DNA from: Macrostomum hystrix
Lineage: Eukaryota; Animalia; Platyhelminthes
NCBI GenBank assembly: GCA_950097015.1
Contig: CATNEN010000039.1
Location: 7,874,001-7,938,000 of the forward strand
DNA length: 64,000 bases
Direction: 5' to 3'
The notes beneath the pieces are model-generated. The model worked only from the letters and a program-made list of their open reading frames with translations. It was not told the origin of the DNA and did not search any database. A program made the translations under genes and the position numbers. This document shows positions 35,027-46,800 of this stretch, one piece after another (positions within the stretch are counted from its first letter, which is position 1; each line of letters begins with the position of its first letter).

Positions 35027-36450
35027 TTAGCAGGCCTCCTGCAGACGGCCAGCATTAGAATGGGCGTGGGCGGCGACAATCATGCGGGCATTCCGGCCTG
35101 GACAGCTGCCCCGATCCGGCGAATTAAGATGCGCTAACGGGTCTACCGCTCCCCAGATTGGGCCCATATGCGGGCCGCAAGAGCGTCTACGATCTATAGA
35201 GCAGGAGGCCGAAGGCGCCCAGAGTCTCCATGCAGACTGGGCGGAAGTCGTTGTGGTCGCCGAGATCGGCGTATTTGGTTTTTTGCTGGAGGTGGCAGCT
35301 GCGCGGGGTGCGACGGCGGACGCGTGCACATGACATGGGGCGCAGGTGTGCGTGATGGTTGCTTCCCGTGTCACAATCAAAGTGGCGAGAGTCACGCGAG
35401 GAGGCCGATTGGTTCGAGCACCGACGGAAAACCAGCCTCCCTCAGGATGTCCCAGAGCCACGAGTTGAACTCGTCGTCGTCTAGAGCCCAAGTTTGCATG
35501 CAGGCGAGGGCGTAGTTCTCTAGGGCATCGAGTGGCTGGCGGCCAGGTGCCGCAGTTTTCAGGCTGAACCGCAGGCTAACTGCGATGGACAGCTCAATGT
35601 ATGAAAGGCGCGTGCCCTCGCGGCTGCTCAGCAGACCTGGTAAAGAAGGACCCCTCAAGGCAAAGGTTGCAGAAGTCCAGCTGGGCAATCTGCAGGGCCA
35701 CGCCACTTTGTGAGCTCGTGTTTCAGGTGAGCGGGTCCCAAACCGTCTGGGCCCGGCGCTCCGCCTGTGGGGATCCGGGCAATAGCATCCAGCAGCTGCT
35801 CCATGAACAGCCGGTAGGGCGTTGGCAGCTCTCCGGCGGAGGGTGGCGAATCAGACTCGACTGGGTGCTTTGTCCGTAGGGCTTCAGCTGCTGCGTTGTC
35901 CGTCTCCACTAGCCTGCCGTCGTTGATAACCACTCGGGCGGTGCCGCGGACGTCACCCGCGTTGACCCGGTTGCGGACAGAGCGGGTGAGTGCACAATCA
36001 TTATTATGTCGTGCCTCGAGGCGATCAGCGCCAGACCCCGACCGCTGCTCGCTGATTCAAGGCTCCGCGGCTCATGCGCTCCGTGCATGGGAGCAATCAA
36101 GGAGCCGCAGTTTGGCCAAGATGAGCAGCTCTGTCCAGGCAGTGATTTTATAGAGTCTGGGTTGTTGCAAATGCTCGCAGAAATTCGGCTACAGAGTCCA
36201 CAATGTTATGGGGCGGCCGGAATGCAGCGCACGGTAGAGCCGGGCCAGAAGATGTGAGCTGGGTCACAGCTGAGGCTGGCAGCCTGCGGGCCACTGTCTG
36301 GGATTGGCTGAGTTGCCATGGAGGCATCAGGTAGTACCGAGTCTGCAGGCGGCTGGTTTGAACAAAACCAGGGCATGGCTCTTCGTGGGGCCCAAAGCGC
36401 ATAATGCGAGGCCGTCCCATGCCATGCGATAAATTGAGTCTTCTCAAAAT
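35027..36450 (-). mobile_element. Internally deleted, frameshifted CRE-clade (REL-endonuclease) non-LTR retrotransposon
   Basis: Pre-RT motif EALRTKHP..AIARIPTGGAPGPDGLGPAHLK. RT remnant LLSSREGTR. Decayed Zn knuckle (LDALENYALAC). REL motifs LREAGFPSVLEPIGL, EATITHTCAP, KTKYADL..FRPVCMETLGAFG across frames. Confidence 0.75.
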
Positions 36451-37029
36451 AGACCGTTTTAACCGTCCTTATACAGTTGAATGAATTATAAAGTTAATTT
36501 AAGCAAATAAATGTTTAGTTGAAAAAGCGTAAGAAAAAATACATAGGTGCCTTAACTTATTCTTTCGGAAAAAAATTGCATATAGTGCATAGTGTTTGAC
36601 ATATCACGAGCTACAAGTGGTTCGGGAGGTACGAGCTATTAATTTTTTTGTTAAATTTGTAATAATGTAAACGTGTATAATAACATATCATTTATATATT
36701 TATTCTATTCTGTTTTTAGCCTCGACTCGCTACGGCCTCACACCCCATGCTGCTTCGCGGGTGCGAAAAAATTAGCTACCCCAATTACATCAAAGTATAG
36801 TGATGTAATGAGTTTTCGATTTAACTTTTGTATCCAAAGCCAAGTCGTATGCTTTCGCACATACGTACACCTGCGGCAATGATGCAGTTTGTTTCGCGTA
36901 ATTAATTTTACTTTTGAATACGCGCCAACGTGTCACGAAGTAATGAATAATCAAACAAGTGAACAATAACAGGACTATAACATCGCTCCTTAGTCACTGA
37001 ATCCTCAAAATTCGCTCAAAACAAGTCTC

Positions 37030-37800
37030 AGAACTCAAATCCTCACAGGGGATGATAGTACGTAATGGGCAATCCAATAAAGCACTGCACCGAAGACGTT
37101 AGTATAGGATACATGCGGCGCCAGAGGAACTCCTTCGAGATCACTTTCAAAGAGAGCATCGGATGTGCCATGCATCGATCTGAATTTGCGATTAGCTTGT
37201 GCCCAAGTACACTTCGATTGTGTTCTTATGAACCGTCGCATCCTGAGGGTTGACGAAGTGCAGACGGTGCATGGTTGACAACGGCATGGTTCTGGAGTCC
37301 ATGCAGCATACGCCAGCCAGCCATCCGGGAGGATCCGAGTTCCAGGCAGAATGTGGTGCTGAATAATAGGAACCATTGTCTGGGGAGTCCTGTCTGGTAC
37401 AACTACCATCATGCAATTGCTCGTGTGTTGTTCGACCATGCCTATAACAACAATGCCCTTCGCGCCACGCACCTTGGTGGTGCTAATTCTGTGCATAAAT
37501 TCTGACTTGTCAATCTCTACTTCGCGCCCGGGTCCACCTAACTCCACCGGATGATCAAGGAGAAACTTACTGGCAGGTGTCACGCAGAAACCAGTGCCAG
37601 TGCCAGTCAACCACTGTGTGCTCACTCATACCAAGCTGCCGGATCTGGTCCCGGGTCTTCATCTCCAGCTTCCACATGTACGTGAGCTCCACAATCTTGC
37701 TAAGAGCGAGGTGGGACCCGTCAAAAAAGGACCCGCGGCGGATGGAGTGCTGGTTTCGGCAGTTGCAGCAATCCCAAGCACAGCTGTCGATGTACTTGTT
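37030..37800 (-). mobile_element. Decayed Merlin/ISXO2 (IS1595-like) DDE transposase
   Basis: SIRRGSFF..TVVDW, LGGPGREVEIDKSEF, VPDRT..IIQHHILPGTRI.PDGW.AY, HFVNP..VHKNTIE, W..A.RKFR.MHGTS. Stops and frameshifts present. Confidence 0.85.
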
Positions 37801-40800
37801 TAAAATTCGTTTAAAAGTCGTTTAAAATTGCATAACCTTCCGCTAAAGCCGTCATTAGGTTAAGCTAAATTGATATTCTTTCGTCCCTAAGCAAAGGTCT
37901 CTTCTATGCCCTTGGTGGGGCGGTGTGGTTGCGTTTTGAGAGGCCTCTTGTGACGAATAAATAATGCGACCAATAGTGTAGCGGTAATAATGATATGGCT
38001 GATGATTCAACTATTTATTATGTTCAGTTATAATTATAAAAGTGAATACTTTTGTTAACATATTATTTGTACGACTAAGGAGGAGACAGGATGGCGCCCA
38101 TTTAGAGTATTAAAAATAAGTATATTATTTCTTAATTGTAGTGGGCCTTGTCAGGAGTCCAATGACTGCTGCGTAAATCGCGCATGGAAGCAGAGCTGAC
38201 ATGCTTAGCTAGCTATTCTTAGATTGTTTCCTGACGCCCATTTGTTGTCGGGTGAAATTGCGAAATCGCTAGATCAAAGGAAATTGGTCGATAAAAAATT
38301 AGTCGAAAATATTATATAAGTCGCAGGCCTAACTTCTTATAAAAGAAATTTATCCCAATGATGCTACCAAAGTTTTGTAGGACATATATCTTACTTGATC
38401 TCTTAAACAAACATCAAACATGTACATCAGAGATGGAGCGAGTGTAGATTCAGAGCGATGAGGCCCAGTTCTCCTAACCTAAAGCTCGAAAGCTGGCTCT
38501 GCACTAATAACTATAACTGTCATTGTTGTCAAATCGACGCTTGGATTTCGGATTATTTTCCGGATTAAAGAACGGTTTTTAGTTAAAGCAATGTTTAATT
38601 TCTTACTATCTGTATGCTTAATTCAATGCATTTTCTTATAATACTGATTACTGAGTTAAGCAATAAGCTTGTAAAAAGTCGTTATTTAAACTTTTAACAT
38701 ATTAAACTTTGTGCTTCGCCAAGAAATATAAATCGAAAGAATTTCCTCAACGATCATGGGCCACACCTACCCGCATGCGCGTCCCGAAGAACGTTTTTCG
38801 TGCTGCTTTTGGCCGACTTAAACTTTCATTTTGCCCAAAGACTATATTTAACCGTTAGGCCTACTTTTTATAAATCCAGTTTCTTAACTGTTCCCTAGCA
38901 AGTTTGCCTGCCTGACGACTGACATCAGTGGCGTGCACTTACACTTAAAAAATTGGAATAGGGAGTAAGGAAGGTCCCATTTGCTAGGCATATATATGCT
39001 ACATGCTACATCTACTAGAGCCACACTGCGATTTAATAAAGCTGCCTCATAGGTCTAGAATCTAGATGTATCCTAAAATTTTTGTCAAAGATAAATTTAG
39101 GATAAGCTAGCCCTAACTGCCTGCTTAACAGTTGTATTATTATTATTATTAAGGCGCACACCATCTATGGGTGCTGATTTTTTTCTTTTATATATTTTTG
39201 ACAACAAATATTTTAATGGACAACAAGAAACTTAAAAACATATAAATTATAGATACTTAAACCTATTTTATTTTTATTTACTCTTTAATAAGTAAGCAAA
39301 AATATAGCTTATACCTTGGCCTTAGCCTAGCGAAATTAACTTGTAAATAAATAGCAATATACAGTGGGTATGGATATCTGTTAAATCTATTTTTATTCTA
39401 GGTTGTAAAAACCAATCCTAGTTACTACCAATTATGTATAAGGAAATAATTTATCTGTTAATTAATTTATCTATACAATATAGATACATATCTATAGTAT
39501 CTGTTGTTACTACCTACTGCAAGGGTTCTAGGCCTAGCCTAGCTATCGCAAAGATGTAAAAACAACTCTCTTTAAGTTTACTTAAATCTTACTTTATTTT
39601 ATTTATAACACTAACTTACTGTATGCTTTTATAATCATTTGCTTCCTTGACTTTTTGTTTTAATAACGTATAGAACCAATCATGCACATTTTTTGAGAAT
39701 GGTAGCATTATACCATATGTCCAATTAGCTAGCAATATGCATGATTAGATACACATCATTAATTGTATTAAACTAAGGCATTAAGGATTAGTTGACATAA
39801 CTAATCTTTCTTAACAATTACTTTATTTAGTTTCAATATACTTCTCTTTCCTCCTCTCTAGAATATTGGCCAGTAAATGTTTATTCAATATCAGTTAATT
39901 CAATTGTTATTTGCCATGAGTTTTTAATTTATCTAACATATTAGCTTTTTTTAATGAAATTTTTTTTTAATTTTTATCTTTATCAGGACTTAAGGGAATA
40001 ATTATGGGTTAAAATATTTCTTTATTTTAAAACACAATATGAAGCAGTTTGGCTAAGCTAATATGCTTGTAGCAAAGCACAAAGCATTGAAAACTCATCA
40101 CCAGAATGCAAAATGAGGTAATTTGAGGCACAATTATATACTAAGCCCAGCTATTTAGGATTTTCTTTATACTATTCCTAGAAAGCAGTGCTACAAAACA
40201 TTTATTAATTATTACATCAAAAGGAGGACATCATATTAGCCAAAACTGTTATTCTGACAACACTTTCAAAATATCCATGGTACATAACATACATGGCCTA
40301 TTCTTCTGTTTCTCTTTTATTTTTGAAAGAAACAGTTGATTTGCCAGTTGCAATTATATTAGCTGTGTATTGTAATTACAGGTTTTACATTTTAAGCAGC
40401 TATCATTAGCCATTTTACTGTGACCATTTTTGCCTATGTTTGTCTGGACTAATCTAGATTAGATTTAGTTATATATTTAATACTCAAGCACAAATATCAA
40501 GGAAACCCTACAATGCTGATTGTGAACCCATATAACAAATATAAAAACAACTTAGTTGGTTACAACAGGTTTATTGTAAACAGGTAACCTGAAAGAAGTA
40601 AATTTTTAATCAAGTGGCTAGAATGTAAACTAGATACTGAACAAGAATACAAAAGCAAATAGCAAATGCAACCAATACATGTTCAAGAGTGGAAAAAATG
40701 CAACATTTAGGAAAAAATTTATTATCTTCTTATCTTTTAAATTTTACTTAGCTTGCCTTCTCCAAAATTTCTGTCATTTTAGCCTTTGTTGTGCAACACA

Positions 40801-40830
40801 AGAAATCAATAATTGTCTGTAATTGTCACC

Positions 40831-43800
40831 ATGACAATGGCAATTGCATCAACTTTAGCAAAGCCACACATATTGCTTATCTCCATAGTCAGTTTGGTTT
40901 CATTGGCAACCATTGCTGCACGGCCATTGGCTAATCAAGCAGCATCTGTTGAAACTTTGCCATCGAAGGTCTTGGAGTCCATTGACGTGCAGCTATCTAG
41001 ACATAAGCGGCAAATTAGTGCAGGTGTTCAGGTAATTGTGGGATAAACTGCCTATAAAATCTTAGATTTTTGATTTCTACGAAATGGGAATTTCAATGTC
41101 TGATTCCACCTTGCAGGTGCTGACTGTGTCGGAGCTGCTGCTGCCTGGCTCTCCAATTGTCAGCGCTGCGGCCACTGTGTTGGGCACATTTTACTCATTC
41201 CGTAACGACGCTGGCAGTCCAGCGCCAGCGGTGCTAGAGATTAACCCGACCAGCGGGCAAGTGTCGCTGCGTCCGGATCAACGACTGGACTATGACGTGC
41301 CCGCCAGCCGCACCATGCCCTTCGTAGTTCGAGTGTGGAACAGCACCAGCTCAGGTCAGCTAACTGGGTGATAAGAATCCGCTAAAAAATCTGGCTGGGG
41401 GAATGACACAGAAGGATGTGGAATGGGGTAATGACCCACAGAAGGATGTGGAATGGGGTAATGACCCACAGAAGGATGTGGAATTGGGTAATGACCCACA
41501 GAAGGATGTGGAATGGGGTGATGACACACTGAAGGATCTGGGATCGGGTAATGACACACAGTAGGATCTGGAATTGGGTAATGACACAGAATGATCTCGG
41601 ATGGGGTAATGACTCACAGAAGGATCTGTCAGGGGTTAATGACACAGTAGGATCTGGGATGGGGTAATGACCCACAGAAGGATCTAGAAACGGGTAATGA
41701 CCCACAGAAGGATCTGGAAACGGGTAATGACCCGCAGTAGAATCTGCAATGGTTTAATGACACACAGAAGGATCTGGGATGGGGTAATGACCCGCAGTAG
41801 GATCTGGAATGGGGTAATGACCCGCAGTAGGATCTGGTATGGGGTAATGACTCACAGAAGGATATGGCATGGGTAATGACTCACAGGAGGATCTGGCATG
41901 GGGTAATGACTCACAGAAGTATCTGGCATGGGGTAATGACTCAGAAGGATCTGGTATGGGGTAATGACTCAGAAGGATCTGGTATGGGGTAATGACTCAC
42001 AGAAGGATCTGGCATGGGGTAATGACTCAGAAGGATCTGGTATGTGGTAATGACTCACAGAAGGATCTGGCATTGGTAATGACTCACAGAAGGATCTGGC
42101 ATGGGGTAATGACTCAGAAGGATCTGGTATGGGGTAATGACTCACAGAAGGATCTGGCATGGGTAATGGCTCAGAAGGATCTGGTATGGGGTAATGACTC
42201 ACAGAAGGATCTGGCATTGGTAATGACTCACAGAAGGATCTGGCATAGGGTAATGACTCACAGAAGGTTCTGGCATGGGGTAATGACTCACAGAAGGTTC
42301 TGGCATGGGGTAATGACTCACAGAAGGATCTGGCATAGGGTAATGACTCACAGAAGGTTCTGGCATGGGGTAATGACTCACAGAAGGATCTGGCATAGCA
42401 TAGGGTAATGACTCACAGAAGGTTCTGGCATAGGGTAATGACTCACAGAAGGATCTGGCATGGGGTAATGACTCACAGAAGGATCTGGCATAGGGTAATG
42501 ACTCACAGAAGGTTCTGGCATGGGGTAATGACTCACAGAAGGATCTGTGAAAGATCATGAAGACAAATTTTCAGTAAGAATTATGTCGTGTAAGACCGTT
42601 AATTATGAACCCTTATTAATAGTCTTAGGTTCTTTGGTTTACTTAATTGGAATAATAATACAGAAATAATTTAGCGGCAAAACTTCTTGTCTTAAGTCTT
42701 GTGAAATCCACTACTTCGATACACAAAACAATTTTACTCCACCGCATGGCCCGAAAAATTATATGCTTGACCTGTTCTGAAAGCAAAAATATAGCACTTT
42801 AGTTTTTTAACTTCCTTTGCTAGCCTGAAAACTTTTGACGAGGAAATACCTGAGAAATTGTACTTCTCTTGACTCTAATCTTAGTCTGATTTAGGTATTA
42901 AAAATTGTTGCTTTAGGCTGAAAATGTAGCAAATGAAATAGGAAACACTTGACTGCGCTTGCATACTAATTATTCCAGATGAATCACTGCCTATGCAAAA
43001 AATTTTTTTATGGATATTCCATTTCCCTGACTTTAGGGTTTTCCAATTACTTAGGAAAAAAACTTCCAATTAGTGAGGCGAGGAATTCCCAATCACTGAG
43101 GGATTCCCAATCACTTCGGGATTCCCAATCACTGCGGGATTCCCAATCACTTCGGGATTCCCAATCACTGGGGGATTCCCAATCACTGAGGGATTCCCAA
43201 TCACTGAGGGATTCCCAATCACTGGGGGATTCCCAATCACTTCGGGATTCCCAATCACTGGGGGATTCCCAATCACTGAGGGATTCCCAATCACTGAGGG
43301 ATTCCCAATCACTGCAGGATTCCTAATCACTGCGGGATTCCCAATCACTAAGTTGGGGATTCCCAATCACTGGGGATTCCAAATCCCTAAGTTGGGGATT
43401 CCCAGTCACTGATGGATTCCCAATCACTGAGGGATTCCCAATCACTAAGTTGGGGATTCCCAGTCACTGATGGATTCCCAATCACTGAGGGATTCCCAAT
43501 CACTGAGGGATTCCCAATCACTGCGGGATTCCCAATCACTGAGGGATTCCAAATCACTAAGTTGGGGATTCCCAATCACTGAGGGATTCCAAATCCCTTA
43601 GATGGGGATTCCCAATCACTGGGGGATTTCCAATCACTGCAGGATTCCTAATCACTGCGGGATTCCCAATCACTAAGTTGGGATTCCCAGTCACTGATGG
43701 ATTCCCTATCACTGAGGGATTCCCAATCACTGCGGGGTTCCTAATCACTGATGTAGTTTATCACAGAAAATGGAGTCCTTAGTATTAAAGTAGGAATTGT

Positions 43801-46800
43801 AAACTTTCTGCTTTATTCTAAAAAAAGATCTTTTGCTTTTCGCTTTTCGGCTCAATCAATCCTGTCTCGATCAGAGCTCTCAGCACATCAATTTCGCTAA
43901 ATAGATTTTGTCAAACGGATGCTCCTTGATTGTCAATTGAATATCCTTTGGGATAGGATCAGCTCGAAACCAGCAATTGAATTCGAAGCACTTAACATCA
44001 GCACTAGAAGCAACAACAGCAGTCACCATAATCGAAATCAAATCACATTATCCTATTTTTCTGCCAAAAAGTATTCCATCTGGTAGATTTTAAAGTAGAT
44101 TTTCTTGAAATCGTTAACTAAGAAGTCCTGTATATGTAGAATCTTGGAAAAAAAATATATTTACGAGTTCAGTCTATTCTATTTCCATAGTTGAGAATAG
44201 ATCTATTTTTTAGTTAAACAAATATCTAGAATCCATAAGTGTTTGACTGTGTATTTTATCATAAATTAGAGGATAAAATATTAATATGTTTTGCATAATA
44301 ATCTTTGTCGAAAGCTCCTAAACTATTAAACTATTTAGTATTAAATGACGAGAGATATCTTTCTTACAGCCTCATCGACTGTACCAATCGTGAGAGTGCA
44401 CAGTAATGTATATTATTGTGCTTAGTGCAGTCACATGTACACTCACTCCACAGCCTCAGTTCTGAGCCTCTGCTCTATGTCTAACACTTCTAAGTCTAAA
44501 GGAATTTATTAATAGTCTTTTTTCTCTCTCCAATCTGCTTTTGTTGCTGGCCCTGAGTCTACTCGGGCGGGCTTAAAAAGTCCCGTCTCACGACCCATAA
44601 ATGGCGGCTGGGGTGGGTGCAGCTGCTAGCTGGCATAGCTGAGTGACTCACTCTGTTCTCAGCTCTATTGAGTCCTGGCATTGCTTTACAGCGGCTCAAA
44701 CCCGCGCCTCTCCTCTCTGTCTGTACCAATATGCTAGTGCTCATGGTAATTGTTTTCTGGCTTGAGTCTGTGTTGGGCGTCTCCACACAAAACCTGCCCT
44801 GTGTTTGCCGACAGTTCATTGCTTGCTGGCCTCAATTTCTGCTTTTTTGACTGCCATCTACTACACTTTCTCGTGTGCTCCACCCTGACTGTCTCACCCT
44901 GACTGTCTCATCCTGACTGTCTCACCCTGACTGTCTCATCCTGACTGTCTCACCCTGACTGTCTCATCCTGACTGTCTCATCCTGACTGTCTCATCCTGA
45001 CTGTCTCACCCTGACTGTCTCACCCTGACTGTCTCACCCTGACTGTCTCATCCTGACTGTCTCACCCTGACTGTCTCATCCTGACTGTCTCATCCTGACT
45101 GTCTCATCCTGACTGTCTCACCCTGACTGTCTCATCCTGACTGTCTCACCCTGACTGTCTCATCCTGACTGTCTCATCCTGACTGTCTCATCCTGACTGT
45201 CTCATCCTGACTGTCTCATCCTGACTGTCTCACCCTGACTGTCTCATCCTGACTGTCTCATCCTGACTGTCTCATCCTGACTGTCTCACCCTGACTGTCT
45301 CATCCTGACTGTCTCATCCTGACTGTCTCATCCTGACTGTCTCACCCTGACTGTCTCATCCTGACTGTCTCATCCTGACTGTCTCATCCTGACTGTCTCA
45401 CCCTGACTGTCTCATCCTGACTGTCTCATCCTGACTGTCTCATCCTGACTGTCTCATCCTGACTGTCTCATCCTGACTGTCTCATCCTGACTGTCTCATC
45501 CTGACTGTCTCACCCTGACTGTCTCATCCTGACTGTCTCATCCTGACTGTCTCATCCTGACTGTCTCACCCTGACTGTCTCATCCTGACTGTCTCATCCT
45601 GACTGTCTCATCCTGACTGTCTCACCCTGACTGTCTCATTCTGACTGTCTCATCCTGACTGTCTCATCCTGACTGTCTCACCCTGACTGTCTCATCCTGA
45701 CTGTCTCATCCTGACTGTCTCACCCTGACTGTCTCATCCTGACTGTCTCATCCTGACTGTCTCACCCTGACTGTCTCACCCTACCATCTTATTCTCTCTG
45801 TTTTCTAATCCAAATCTCACTGTCTTTCCAGCTGTCTCTGTTGTGTTTTTACCATGTGCTTTAGACACAATTCTGTTTTGTTGCTAAATTTAGCAACACT
45901 AGAATATCCTGCATGGCTTTCCGTTTTCGTAGATTAGTTGCTATAAAAGTATTTAGGGCATTACATGGATAGGCTAAAAAATAGTTGAGATAATGTACGG
46001 CTTACGATCCACAGAAGCATCTCAACAGGGCTTATTACTCACAGAAGTATGTGTGTTAAAGAGATCATGACTCACAGTAATAATAAATAGTGATTGATTA
46101 CACCTGCCCCAATTGGTCCAGATGTGCAGCCAACAGCACAGCCGTAGCTATCGCGCGGCGCATCTGAAGCTGTACAGTCCATGGACTGGTAAAACGCCAC
46201 ACCAACCATAAATTACCCGGTTGATGATGGTACCCATTTAACAGCTGGGTGAAATGATGCAGTGCAAAGTTTAGTGTCTTGCTAAAGGACACATTATTTT
46301 CCTGTGAAGTCGGGAATTGAAACCTAAACCTTCAATTCATACTTTTGACGCTCTAACCACTAGGCTACAACCCGTCCGTAGGTCTCTTCTGTGGGTAATG
46401 ACAGAGAAGAATCTGGAATTAAGTATTGACCCACAGTAGGATCTAGAATTGAGTAATGACCCACAGTAGGATCTGGAATTGAGTAATGACCCACAGTAGG
46501 ATCTGGAATTGAGTAATGACCCACAGTAGGATCTAGAATTGAGTAATGACCCACAGTAGGATCTGGAATTGAGTAATGACCCACAGTAGGATCTGAATGG
46601 GGTAATGACCCACAAAAGGATCTGGAACGGGGTAACGACCCACAGAAGGATCTGAATGGGGTAATGACCCACAGTAGGATCTGGAATTGAGTAATGACCC
46701 ACAGTAGGATCTGAATGGGGTAATGACCCACAAAAGGATTTGGAACGGGGTAACGACCCACAGAAGGATCTGAAATTTGCTTTATCTTTTCATGCCCACA

